Shown here piece by piece: positions 1-8,198 of a stretch of DNA of 17,432 bases. Numbering within the stretch: the first letter of the stretch is position 1; each line of letters starts with the position of its first letter. The notes beneath the pieces were generated by a model. It saw only the letters and a list, made by a program, of their open reading frames with translations, had not been told where the DNA came from and searched no databases. The DNA is from a virus (taxonomy: Duplodnaviria; Heunggongvirae; Uroviricota; Caudoviricetes): the IMG/VR virus record IMGVR_UViG_2778261167_000008, positions 1 to 17,432 of that record; one strand, 5' to 3'. Both the position numbers and the translations under genes were made by a program.

Positions 1-54
1 GCAGAGCAGGCAGAGCAGGCAGAGCAGGCAGAGCAGGCAGAGCAGGCAGAGCAG
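1..54 (+). repeat. Six perfect tandem copies of the 9-bp unit GCAGAGCAG, in frame, encoding (Ala-Glu-Gln)6
   Basis: Read directly from the sequence; a partial seventh unit (gcagac) follows. The array may continue upstream of the window. Confidence 0.95.
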
Positions 55-90
55 GCAGACACCTCCGCTAAATCGAAAAAGGCGAAATAA
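1..90 (+). CDS. 3' end of an upstream head gene (partial); C-terminus ...AEQAEQAEQAEQAEQAEQADTSAKSKKAK
   Basis: Frame 1 is open from the window edge to TAA at 88-90. Its position just upstream of the head-tail joining genes suggests a capsid or decoration protein, but the identity is not determinable from 29 codons. Confidence 0.55.
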   Translation, partial: AEQAEQAEQAEQAEQAEQADTSAKSKKAK

Positions 91-92
91 CC

Positions 93-473
93 ATGGCTGA
101 CCCAATCACAGCGGCAGACGTGCAGGCGTTCCTCGGTGAATTGGGTTACTCCATTCCGGGCGCTCTGCTGGAGCCGATCCTCTGTGTGGTGAACAAGATT
201 ATCCCGTGCCTCGATGGTGCTGGGTATGACGACTGCACCGCGAAGCTGATCCTGATGTACGCCGCCGCGCTTATGGCTACGTCGTCTGGGGCGCGCCGCA
301 TCAAATCACAGGGGGCTCCGTCCGGCGCGTCTCGTTCGTTTGATTACGGTGCTGACAGCATCACCTGGCTGCGCGAATCGCTGGCCCGGCTTGATACCAG
401 CGGCTGCACCGGTGAGCTGCCAATCAGCGCCGGTAACAGCGTCGGTCTGTTCATGGTGGTCGGGGGATGCTGA
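93..473 (+). CDS. Small head-tail joining or head completion protein (positional equivalent of lambda FI; function inferred from position only)
   Basis: 126-aa ORF with ATG at 93, 2 nt after the upstream stop; GC-rich codon usage matching the operon. No diagnostic motif recognised. Confidence 0.5.
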   Translation: MADPITAADVQAFLGELGYSIPGALLEPILCVVNKIIPCLDGAGYDDCTAKLILMYAAALMATSSGARRIKSQGAPSGASRSFDYGADSITWLRESLARLDTSGCTGELPISAGNSVGLFMVVGGC

Positions 474-642
474 TGACGTACAAATCAGTTAAGCACGGGC
501 TACCCCGCTCATTCGTCCGCGTCTGGGTGATAACCGACACTGGGCGGGAGACTACCGGCTACGTTAAATCGGACGGTGAGTGGTTCATCAACTGCCCGCG
601 CATCCGGGCGACTGGTGCGAAGGTGCTGCGCTGGAAGGAGGG

Positions 643-996
643 ATGATGTCATCGGTAGCGAACTGGAGCTATACAGCCACGGCGACAATCTGGCGCAAGC
701 TTGAAGGCAATGACGAATACGGCGACCCGCTGGGCTATGCCGAACCTGAGCAAATCCTCTGTGATTACGAGGGCGGGCTCAGCAAGAAGTTAGCCAGTCT
801 GGGCGCTGAAATCATCGTGAAGAACACCGTCTGGACGGAGTTCGCGCTGGCGGCCGCGGGTGATTATCTGCTGATTGGCGTTTCGACTGAGGCCGACCCA
901 GTTGTCGCTGGGGCCGACGAGGTGCGGCAGGTTATCCGTTACGCCGACACGTTCGAGCGACTGGCGGATGATTACGCCATCCTGACGGGAGTGTAG
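643..996 (+). CDS. Head-tail connector or adaptor protein (positional equivalent of lambda FII)
   Basis: The ORF track starts at 580, but a strong SD (AAGGAGGG, 635-642) precedes tandem ATGs at 643 and 646, giving about 117 aa. Function is inferred from position and size only. Confidence 0.5.
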   Translation: MMSSVANWSYTATATIWRKLEGNDEYGDPLGYAEPEQILCDYEGGLSKKLASLGAEIIVKNTVWTEFALAAAGDYLLIGVSTEADPVVAGADEVRQVIRYADTFERLADDYAILTGV

Positions 997-998
997 CC

Positions 999-1367
999 AT
1001 GGGCATTAAAGTGCGTGGCGTTAAGCAGTCGAAAGCCGGGCTAAATCGCATCATTAACGACGTGAAAGGGCGCAAGGTTGTAAGGGCGTTACAGTCCGCA
1101 ATGATAATCGGCAGCTCACAGGCCGCACTTTATACGCCGATCGACACTTCGACATTGCTCAATAGCCAGTATCGGGAGTTGATAAACAACGGAGTTCGGC
1201 TGACAGGGCGTGTGGGGTACACGGCGAACTACGCTGTTTTCGTTCACGATCCTAACATTCCGCAAACCTTCCGTCGCGCCACCGCGCAGAAAGAGTTCCT
1301 CACTAAAGGCTTTGAAGACACCCGCAGCCAAATTGATGCCGTGATGCGCAAGGAGCTTTCAGTATGA
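999..1367 (+). CDS. Tail completion / neck protein, HK97 gp10-like (positional equivalent of lambda Z)
   Basis: 122-aa ORF starting 2 nt after the upstream stop, with an SD-like GGGAG upstream. N-terminal MGIKVRGVKQ...L pattern recalls the HK97 gp10 family; this is from memory and needs HMM confirmation. Confidence 0.5.
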   Translation: MGIKVRGVKQSKAGLNRIINDVKGRKVVRALQSAMIIGSSQAALYTPIDTSTLLNSQYRELINNGVRLTGRVGYTANYAVFVHDPNIPQTFRRATAQKEFLTKGFEDTRSQIDAVMRKELSV

Positions 1368-1747
1368 CACCTGCCATGTATGAGCGCGTGCGTAACTATT
1401 TCGTTGATGCCGGGCTTACCACTGGCTTCATTGTTCAGTTGCTGGCGTGGGACGACACAACGAAGTTAACCGACGCATTCATCGTGTTCAGACCTAACGG
1501 TGGTACCGACATCAGAAATGACCTCGGATCTGACCACTACGTTCTGGTGGATGTCATTTCCGCCAAGGATAAGCGCCGCGCAGCCGCTGAGAAGGCTCAG
1601 GAAATTATCAATTATGTCGAACAGAACGATATTACCGACGAATGCCTTGGCCTGATTCAAAACCTCGGCAATATGCCTGCACCTATCCTGACCGAAGAGG
1701 GCCGCCTGGTCTTTCGGCTCCAGTTCATGTGCGTTTACGGCGAATAA
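1364..1747 (+). CDS. Tail terminator-like protein (positional equivalent of lambda U)
   Basis: 127-aa ORF whose ATG (1364) overlaps the upstream TGA (1365-1367), indicating translational coupling. It sits immediately before the major tail gene; function is from position. Confidence 0.5.
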   Translation: MTPAMYERVRNYFVDAGLTTGFIVQLLAWDDTTKLTDAFIVFRPNGGTDIRNDLGSDHYVLVDVISAKDKRRAAAEKAQEIINYVEQNDITDECLGLIQNLGNMPAPILTEEGRLVFRLQFMCVYGE

Positions 1748-1765
1748 CCCCATCACTAACCCATC

Positions 1766-1793
1766 GGGCTGCCATCCGGCGGCCTTTTTTATT
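1766..1793 (+). terminator. Rho-independent terminator or attenuator between the U-like and major tail genes
   Basis: Hairpin GGCTGCC-ATCC-GGCGGCC (one G-U pair) followed by TTTTTTATTT; a strong SD (GAGAGG) and ATG follow immediately at 1806. Confidence 0.55.
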
Positions 1794-1805
1794 TGAGAGG
1801 TACAC

Positions 1806-2561
1806 ATGCAAGGCTGTGCTAATGATTTTGGCAAGCTGATCGGGAAAGTAGCTGTGCTACGCATGGCCTTTGGCTGCCCCGACGCAGTGCCAGCGCTTTC
1901 CGAGTGGAAGCGTCTCGGCGCTATGACGACCAAGGGCATCGACTATTCGATGAACACTATCAACTCCGAGGCAGATGATGCTAAAGGGCTAGTGGAGAAC
2001 CTGGTCAACAACATGGATCTGACGATCTCCGGTGAAGGGGAGTTTCGTAAATCTGATAAAGATAACGAGATCGGAGCATGGCGTCTGTCGAAGTACATCT
2101 TTGATGAAGTCCAGGCTGGTCGTCAGCCTAACCTGTGGGTACGTTTCGACTTTGCTGGAGAGAACGCTGGCACTTACATCCTGGGCTACATGAACACCAC
2201 GTCATGGTCTGGTGACTTCGGTACCAACGATATCTCTACCTTCTCCGGCGAGTGGAAGGTCTACGACGCCGACACCGTTGTGTTTGAGGTCGCTGACTCT
2301 ATCGCGGCCACTGGTGTAGAGGTTACCCCTGCAACTGCATCTTTGGTCGTTGGCGCAACCCAGCAACTGAGCGGCGCAGTTCAGCCAACCGATGCGACTA
2401 ACAAGGCGATCACCTGGACGACTTCGGCGGCATCTATCGCAACCGTCAGTTCAACCGGTCTGGTAACGGCCGTAGCCGCCGGAACCGCGACCATTACGGC
2501 AACAACCGCAGATGGTGACTTCACCGATACCTGCGCTGTTACCGTGACAGCCGCACCGTAA
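1806..2561 (+). CDS. Major tail protein with C-terminal bacterial Ig-like (Big_2) domain (lambda V-like)
   Basis: 251-aa ORF with SD GAGAGG 5 nt upstream. The C-terminal ~85 aa (VEVTPATASLVVGATQQLSGAVQPTDATNKAITWTTSAASIATVSSTGLVTAVAAGTATITATTADGDFTDTCAVTVT) matches the Big_2 signature; lambda gpV has the same architecture and size. Confidence 0.75.
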   Translation: MQGCANDFGKLIGKVAVLRMAFGCPDAVPALSEWKRLGAMTTKGIDYSMNTINSEADDAKGLVENLVNNMDLTISGEGEFRKSDKDNEIGAWRLSKYIFDEVQAGRQPNLWVRFDFAGENAGTYILGYMNTTSWSGDFGTNDISTFSGEWKVYDADTVVFEVADSIAATGVEVTPATASLVVGATQQLSGAVQPTDATNKAITWTTSAASIATVSSTGLVTAVAAGTATITATTADGDFTDTCAVTVTAAP

Positions 2562-2611
2562 TCACTACAAAGGGCGGCGTGCTGCCCTTGATACTGGTTA
2601 TGGAGAACGAT

Positions 2612-3355
2612 ATGACACCTTTGAAAGAGATTGGCGAGTGCCTGATTGGTTCTGGAAGCCGTGAATACTTCTTCCGCCCATCATTCCGTAACATGACGCG
2701 GATCGGCGAACCAGAGCATATCGTTCGCACTTTCTATGCGCTGTTCAATGACGATGTGGCAAAGATGCTTGAGGCGGCGCGAGAAATTCACAGTGCGTTA
2801 CCAGAGCATCAGCGCATATTTTACGCCTACTATTTCGGTGACGTTTCGCTGCCGCGCTGGGCACTTGATGCAGCAGGTTCTGCTGCGTTTGTGCGTGAGG
2901 CATTGCTTTCAGCTATTAACGTCATTCAGTCATGCTGTGACGAGGACGTTTCTGAACTGACAGGCTGGCACGAGCCATCACGTACTGGAAGGCGTGCATT
3001 TGTATGGCGCCGCGGCTTGCTCCCGCCTGAGAACCTTATTCTGATAGCTCAGTCACTGATCATGCATGGCATCATCGGCAGGGCAAAGGTTCGTAAGTTG
3101 CAGAAGCACGAAAGCAAGGAAACGACTCCTGAGTTTCATGCGACTGAATACATCATGGCAGCCCGCAATCACTTCGGTATCAGCAAGGAAGAGGCTATGG
3201 AACTCACTATGACCGAATTTGCGATGATGCTTAACGCCAAATACCCTGATCAGAAAGGCTTCACCAGGGAAGAGTACGACGCTGTTATGGACGATGACGA
3301 TCGCCGCTGGCAGGAAATGATTGAGCGCGAAAAATCAGCAAAGAAAGCCGCCTGA
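2612..3355 (+). CDS. Tail assembly chaperone (G/GT-like), apparently one continuous ORF
   Basis: Position between the major tail and tape measure genes; acidic C-terminus. SD GGAG at 2602-2605 supports ATG 2612 (the track's GTG 2579 and ATG 2600 are in-frame alternatives). No second overlapping frame was seen. Confidence 0.5.
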   Translation: MTPLKEIGECLIGSGSREYFFRPSFRNMTRIGEPEHIVRTFYALFNDDVAKMLEAAREIHSALPEHQRIFYAYYFGDVSLPRWALDAAGSAAFVREALLSAINVIQSCCDEDVSELTGWHEPSRTGRRAFVWRRGLLPPENLILIAQSLIMHGIIGRAKVRKLQKHESKETTPEFHATEYIMAARNHFGISKEEAMELTMTEFAMMLNAKYPDQKGFTREEYDAVMDDDDRRWQEMIEREKSAKKAA

Positions 3356-3427
3356 GTTAATAATGGATGTACCGTAATCGCCTGACCGGGCTTAATATGG
3401 CTCAACAATAAAACTCAGGTGATAAGG

Positions 3428-3802
3428 GTGAAGAAAATACTTTTGGCTTTGGTGATTCCACTGGTTCTGGCTGGCTGTAAGCCTGGCGAGGAAAAGGCCA
3501 TATCTCTGGCGAAATCTGAGGTTGCTGCAAATCTTAAAGACCCGGCCAGCGCACAGTTCCGGAACGTAAAAGTATCAAAGATGACTGATGCCGAAGATGG
3601 TCATGTCGTCGCTGTTGTCTGTGGAGAAATCAACGGTAAGAACGGTTTCGGTGCATATGCAGGGTTTCATCCATTCTTCGTTGAGCTGAACATGAAATCG
3701 ACAGGGATCTTCTCTAAAGGCGTCGATTATACGCTTGGAAAGCATTTCCTTAGCTCGAAAGATACGCCGCCGCCTCAGGCATACAAAGACCGATTCCAAT
3801 AG
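3428..3802 (+). CDS. Small secreted lipoprotein (cargo gene; function unknown)
   Basis: Starting at GTG 3428 gives MKKILLALVIPLVLAGC: a charged n-region, hydrophobic core and lipobox L-A-G-C, with K at +2 arguing against inner-membrane retention. SD AGGTGA at 3416-3421; GTG 3419 is an alternative start. GC is lower than the flanking tail genes and the gene has its own terminator. Confidence 0.7.
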   Translation: MKKILLALVIPLVLAGCKPGEEKAISLAKSEVAANLKDPASAQFRNVKVSKMTDAEDGHVVAVVCGEINGKNGFGAYAGFHPFFVELNMKSTGIFSKGVDYTLGKHFLSSKDTPPPQAYKDRFQ

Positions 3803-3818
3803 TCGACACGAATAACTA

Positions 3819-3843
3819 ACCCACCGCAAAGTGGGTTTTTTTA
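3819..3843 (+). terminator. Rho-independent terminator after the lipoprotein gene
   Basis: Hairpin ACCCAC-CGCAAA-GTGGGT followed by TTTTTTT, 17 nt after the TAG stop. Confidence 0.65.
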
Positions 3844-3856
3844 TGCCCGGAGAAAA

Positions 3857-6193
3857 GTGATGTCAGAGAAAGCAGGCGAGATTTATTACGACATCGAGGC
3901 CGATGTTTCTGGCTTGCTGAAGGCGCAGGGGAAGGCCAATAAGTCACTCGACTCAATCGGAAACTCTGCCGCCAACGCAGCCAAAAAGATGGACGAGCTG
4001 CAGACCAATATCAATCGCGTGGCTGGTGCTATTGCAGCATCTCTCGTTGTTGACTGGGGCAAGGCGTTTCTGGTTGCCGCTGACAACATGAGTCAGCTTA
4101 ACGCGCGCATTGAACGCCTGACAGGCAGCGCTGCGGCTGCATCACAGACGATGCAGAGCCTGATGCGTATCAGTTCGTCGACTGGCGGTTCGCTGCAGGA
4201 CACCACAAAGCTGTGGGAAACCCTCAGCACTGCTCTCCGCGATACCGGCGCAACGAACGGCCAGATTATTCAGCTCACCGAGACGCTTCAGAAAATCGGG
4301 CGCATCGGCGGATCCTCATCCGAAGAAATGGCTAATGCTCTTCGTCAGTTCGGCCAGTCAATTTCATCCGGAACTGTCAGGGCGGAGGAATTCAACTCCA
4401 TCCTTGAGCAGATGCCGGAACTGGCGCGCCAGATCGCCGCCGGTATGGGAGTCAGCATCGGAGAGTTGCGCCAGCTCATGCTGGACGGAAAGTTGACGGC
4501 AGAAGATGCGCTCAACGCTATCCAGAAGCAGACCGGATCAGTCAACGCTGAGTTCGAAAAGCTACCACGTACGCTTTCTCAGGCCAATACAGCGCTGACA
4601 AACTCATTCCTGTCGATGATCGACTCTGTTAACCAGGCGACTGGTGCCAGTAGTGGTCTGGTGGCAATAATCGACTCTATGTCAGCAGCACTAGATCGCC
4701 TGGTAGGAAAGGCGGCGTCGGCAGATGCTCAGATATCAGATTTGAACAGCACAGCGGAAATGTTCACCAGGCGCGCGCGCACTTGGTCATGGCTTGGGCT
4801 TGATGGTTGGGAAGCACAAAACAAAGCGCTTGCCGGTCTAAGCAATAAGGCCGCCTTGCTGGTTGGCGATCTGGCTGCTGTTTCCAAAGCATCACAGACC
4901 GCGGCTAACACAAAGCCGATTGAGATTAAAACTACAGGTTCCGCTACTGGAAGCAAAGCGAAGGGCGGAAAGTCAGCAGCTCAGAAAGAAGCTGAGCAGT
5001 ACGCTAAAGCGCAGGAGACGGTTAACCAAAAACTGGATGAGCTGAGGCAAAAGGCCGAGTTGTCAGCGGGCAGTGTTGGTGAGTTATCGAGAGCTCAGGC
5101 CGTGCTTAATGCACAGCAGTCTCTCGGTAATGATGCGACACAGGAACAGGTCATTCTGGCTGGGCAATACGCGGCTAAAGCCTGGGATAACGCCAACGCA
5201 TTGCGCGCCCAGGCAAAGGCAGAAAAGGAACGTACTGACGCTGCCAATAAATTCAGCGCTATCCAGGGTAAAACCAGTAAAACTGCCGGACTGGATAGCC
5301 AGTATCAGAAAGACATCGCGGATATCCAACAATACGCCCAACTTTACCCGCAGAAGATCGGAGAGGCTGAGGCGGCGCGCGCTGCTATCGAACAGCAATA
5401 CCGTGATCAGCGTAACGCGGCAATGTGGGAAGAATGGGCGCAGCAGAACGCGGCCACACAGGCAGCGGCTGCGGCTTTCGATTCACTAGGTTCGGTTGCC
5501 AGTAACGCGCTGACAGGAATCATCACAGGTAGCATGTCTGCCAGCGACGCAATGCGCAGTATAGGCATGACGGTCCTGAACAGCGTTGTTAATTCGTTCG
5601 TCCAGATGGGTATCGAGTGGGTTAAGTCTGCAATTATGGGACAGGCGGCACAAACGGCTGCTATTGGCACGGTGACAGCAGTGCAGACGGCAGCAGTGGC
5701 AACACAGACTGCTACCAGCACAGCGGCGGCGGCAACGACTGCGGCAGCTTGGACCCCGGCGGCGATCCTTTCTTCAATAGCCTCGATGGGTACTGCGGCG
5801 GCGATCGGTCTCGGCGCGGTGGCTGGCGTTATTGGAGCTAATCTGCTCGGCAAGCGCAAGAATGGCGGCCCGGTGAGTGCAGGTGGGATGTATCAGGTCG
5901 GCGAAGGAGGCATGCCTGAAATTTACCAGGCCAGTACCGGTAAGCAGTACATGATACCGGGCGACAACGGCAAGGTGATCAGCAACAAGGATATGACAGC
6001 AGGGGGTAGTGGCGGGGTGGTTATCAACATCCAGAACTACACGTCATCGTCCGTCGATGCTCAGGCTGGTACAGATGCAAACGGCGGGCTTACCGTTGAT
6101 GTCATCGTTGCTGACCTGAACAACGGCGGCCCAATCAGTAGCGCTATTACCAGCAACATGAACGTTAAACGCACGCCAAGAGGGCAGGGCTGA
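3857..6193 (+). CDS. Tail tape measure protein
   Basis: 778-aa ORF with a helical, Ala/Gln-rich N-terminal two-thirds and a hydrophobic Ala/Gly/Thr-rich segment near the C-terminus (AAQTAAIGTVTAVQTAAVATQTATSTAAAATTAAAW...GLGAVAGVIGANLLG). SD GGAG at 3849-3852; ATG 3860 may be the true start. About 0.15 nm per residue implies a tail near 115 nm. Confidence 0.85.
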   Translation: MMSEKAGEIYYDIEADVSGLLKAQGKANKSLDSIGNSAANAAKKMDELQTNINRVAGAIAASLVVDWGKAFLVAADNMSQLNARIERLTGSAAAASQTMQSLMRISSSTGGSLQDTTKLWETLSTALRDTGATNGQIIQLTETLQKIGRIGGSSSEEMANALRQFGQSISSGTVRAEEFNSILEQMPELARQIAAGMGVSIGELRQLMLDGKLTAEDALNAIQKQTGSVNAEFEKLPRTLSQANTALTNSFLSMIDSVNQATGASSGLVAIIDSMSAALDRLVGKAASADAQISDLNSTAEMFTRRARTWSWLGLDGWEAQNKALAGLSNKAALLVGDLAAVSKASQTAANTKPIEIKTTGSATGSKAKGGKSAAQKEAEQYAKAQETVNQKLDELRQKAELSAGSVGELSRAQAVLNAQQSLGNDATQEQVILAGQYAAKAWDNANALRAQAKAEKERTDAANKFSAIQGKTSKTAGLDSQYQKDIADIQQYAQLYPQKIGEAEAARAAIEQQYRDQRNAAMWEEWAQQNAATQAAAAAFDSLGSVASNALTGIITGSMSASDAMRSIGMTVLNSVVNSFVQMGIEWVKSAIMGQAAQTAAIGTVTAVQTAAVATQTATSTAAAATTAAAWTPAAILSSIASMGTAAAIGLGAVAGVIGANLLGKRKNGGPVSAGGMYQVGEGGMPEIYQASTGKQYMIPGDNGKVISNKDMTAGGSGGVVINIQNYTSSSVDAQAGTDANGGLTVDVIVADLNNGGPISSAITSNMNVKRTPRGQG

Positions 6194-6690
6194 TGCCAAT
6201 TATCGACTATCCCGACTGGCTGCCACTGGCGCAGAAGGCCAGCAAAAACATGACGCTCGATACCGGGTTCCAGACCGATCAGCCAGCGGTCGGCCCGGCT
6301 ATCTTCCAGAACCTTACTGACGACCTGAAAGTGACCTGGTCACTGACATGGATCTTCACGCTGGACCAGGAGCGCGCTTTCCAGCAGTGGCTGCGCAGCC
6401 CGAACTATCTCAACAGGGGCCTGAACTGGTTCCGTATGAATGTCAACCTTGGCGGCAGTGGCCTGCAGTTGCAGGAGCTTCATTTCACACAGATGCCGGT
6501 GCAAACCAGTATCGACGGCGGGGTGGTGACCTGGACTGGGACCGTTATCGCGAACCACCTCTACAACTCCGATGACGAGTTTGATGACGTTATTGTTGAA
6601 CTGCCGCCGCCTTGGGATTCGTGGCTTGATATCGTGGTGACGGGTTATCCGGACGGGCGCGATCCGGAAAGTCTGCCTCGCGTTGTTTGA
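6193..6690 (+). CDS. Minor tail protein (lambda M-like, distal tail)
   Basis: 165-aa ORF whose ATG overlaps the tape measure TGA (ATGA coupling); position directly after the tape measure. Similarity to gpM is a weak pattern match from memory. Confidence 0.5.
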   Translation: MPIIDYPDWLPLAQKASKNMTLDTGFQTDQPAVGPAIFQNLTDDLKVTWSLTWIFTLDQERAFQQWLRSPNYLNRGLNWFRMNVNLGGSGLQLQELHFTQMPVQTSIDGGVVTWTGTVIANHLYNSDDEFDDVIVELPPPWDSWLDIVVTGYPDGRDPESLPRVV

Positions 6691-6704
6691 TTTTCATCCA
6701 TAAG

Positions 6705-6720
6705 TTGCAAATGGTATAAT
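6705..6720 (+). promoter_or_regulatory. Candidate promoter with extended -10 element (TGgTATAAT) upstream of the HNH gene
   Basis: TG at 6712-6713 and TATAAT at 6715-6720. The adjacent TTGCAA (6705-6710) is too close to be a -35; extended -10 promoters can work without one. About 90 nt of hairpin-prone leader follows. Confidence 0.4.
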
Positions 6721-6809
6721 TAATAAGCGCCTAGGGTAGCTCCCGAAAAGGCGGAACGTAGACCGCTCTGGCGCAACCATCCATCTACGAAACCTTCTAC
6801 GAGGTTTAT

Positions 6810-7349
6810 ATGAACTTTATTACTCCTCAATATCTTTCTGAGTGTTTTGTCTATAACAAAAATACAGGGGAGCTATTCTGGAAAGCTCGACCTATTCACC
6901 ATTTCAACAGCTTAAAAGGTCAGCAAACTTTCAATGGGCAGTTTGCCGGGAAAAAAGCTGGAAGAGCAAATAATCGCGGTTATTTCAGAATTGCTATTAG
7001 TGGCAAGGAGATTCTAAACCACAGAATAGTTATAGCCTTGGAGACAGGCGTGATGCCTACTGACGAAGTGGATCATATCAATGGGATCAGAACCGACAAT
7101 AGGTACGAAAATTTAAGAGTGGTCTCGCGGCAGACAAATGCCAAAAACATGAAATTAAATATCAATAATACCAGCGGGATATCTGGCGTATCTTGGAATA
7201 CAAGAAAATCAAAATGGAAATCAGTAATCTGGATGAATTGTGTTGAAAAGCATCTTGGGTACTTCGATTCCATTATTGACGCCTTCAATGCCAGGGTAAT
7301 AGCAGAGGTAAACATGGGTTACCATAAAAATCATGGAAGGATCCCCTGA
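6810..7349 (+). CDS. HNH homing-type endonuclease with AP2-like DNA-binding region
   Basis: 179-aa ORF, markedly AT-rich against GC-rich flanks, with SD GAGG 5 nt upstream. Contains HNH core EVDHINGIRTDNRYENLRVVSRQTNAKN and a downstream GISGVSWNTRKSKWKSVIW segment typical of phage HNH-AP2 endonucleases. Confidence 0.8.
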   Translation: MNFITPQYLSECFVYNKNTGELFWKARPIHHFNSLKGQQTFNGQFAGKKAGRANNRGYFRIAISGKEILNHRIVIALETGVMPTDEVDHINGIRTDNRYENLRVVSRQTNAKNMKLNINNTSGISGVSWNTRKSKWKSVIWMNCVEKHLGYFDSIIDAFNARVIAEVNMGYHKNHGRIP

Positions 7350-7819
7350 TGCCATCGTTCCGTCAATATAAGCAGCAGCGCCCGACGCGAGGGCTATACG
7401 ACACCATCACGTTCTACCATCCATCCTTTGGCTATGTGCGCCTTGTCGATAAGCAGTTCTTCCCTAAGACGCTCGGCGGCCAGTCCTACACGCCAGCGCG
7501 CTTTGAAATCGAAGAGAGCCAACAGAGCGGCACGCCGGTGATCGACGCGACCGTGAAGCTTGGGCGGCTGTCGTCGGACATCAAGGCGCTGATGAAACAG
7601 TGGAAGGGGGCCGCCAGACTGACGGCCATCACGGCAACACGGCAAATCTTCGACAGCGGTGATATGTCGGTACCGATAAAGTCTTGGGAGTTGTACGTCA
7701 AGACGATAGATATAGACGCTGATGCCGCTTCTGTGACGCTTTCTGTCACTAACCCGCTGAACAACAACATAGGCCGACTTTATGATCCGCAGGAATACAC
7801 CGGGCTGCAGTACCTCTGA
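7349..7819 (+). CDS. Minor tail protein (lambda L-like N-terminal domain)
   Basis: 156-aa ORF whose ATG overlaps the HNH TGA; SD GGAAGG at 7335-7340. Position and a loose resemblance to the gpL N-terminus; the Cys-rich C-terminal domain of lambda L is absent. Confidence 0.5.
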   Translation: MPSFRQYKQQRPTRGLYDTITFYHPSFGYVRLVDKQFFPKTLGGQSYTPARFEIEESQQSGTPVIDATVKLGRLSSDIKALMKQWKGAARLTAITATRQIFDSGDMSVPIKSWELYVKTIDIDADAASVTLSVTNPLNNNIGRLYDPQEYTGLQYL

Positions 7820-8198
7820 TTTCATCAGTAAGGTGATCGGCGTTCCGTGGTCTAACCGGGCCTGTTCGTTCGAGAAGGTAGATTGCTGGGGTCTGGTGGT
7901 ACTGTATTACCGTAACGTTCTTGGCATTGAGCTGCACCAGACACCGGACTACGAAGCCGGGGCTGACTTCTTCACCTGCTATCAGGGTGATGTCGTTTTC
8001 TGGCGCCAGGTCGATAATCCTGTCGAAGATGGGATATTCGTCGGGTACCGCGGCGTGCAACCGGCACACGTTGGCCTGGTGCTGAACCGGCAGGCGTTGC
8101 ACTCGCGCGGAGAGAACGGAAGTGTGCGTATGGACTCGTTGCTTGTCATTCAGCGGGCATTCACCAAAGTGGAGTTTTTCGAATATGGCGTTGATTGA
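7782..8198 (+). CDS. Tail-associated NlpC/P60 (C40) peptidase (lambda K-like C-terminal domain)
   Basis: 138-aa ORF with candidate catalytic Cys in KVDCWGLVV and two downstream His residues (AHVGLV, ALHSRG), consistent with the Cys-His-His triad. Overlaps the previous gene by 38 nt. Confidence 0.65.
   Translation: MIRRNTPGCSTSDFISKVIGVPWSNRACSFEKVDCWGLVVLYYRNVLGIELHQTPDYEAGADFFTCYQGDVVFWRQVDNPVEDGIFVGYRGVQPAHVGLVLNRQALHSRGENGSVRMDSLLVIQRAFTKVEFFEYGVD

Noticed and set aside
1-57. Possible CRISPR-like array
   Set aside because: The units are 9 bp with no spacers and lie in frame inside a coding region; this is a coding tandem repeat.
1116-1939. Minus-strand ORFs 1116-1331 and 1466-1939 and plus ORF 1642-1839
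   Set aside because: They overlap the co-directional, translationally coupled tail genes on the wrong strand or frame and carry no motifs.
2570-2589. Hairpin AAGGGC-N8-GCCCTT after the major tail gene as a terminator
   Set aside because: No following T-run; at most an RNA stability element, not enough to call a terminator.
3356-3418. Own promoter for the lipoprotein gene
   Set aside because: Only weak -35/-10 candidates with wrong spacing; cannot be supported from sequence alone.
3886-5859. Antisense or out-of-frame ORFs inside the tape measure gene (3886-4089, 4345-4545, 4729-4956, 4863-5045, 5073-5489, 5084-5398, 5407-5859)
   Set aside because: They are fully embedded in a long, well-supported GC-rich gene, have low-complexity or Arg/Ala-rich translations and no SD; typical GC-rich frame artefacts.
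6691-7349. HNH gene sitting inside a group I intron or intein
   Set aside because: The flanking M-like and L-like ORFs are complete with their own start and stop codons; the HNH gene is free-standing.
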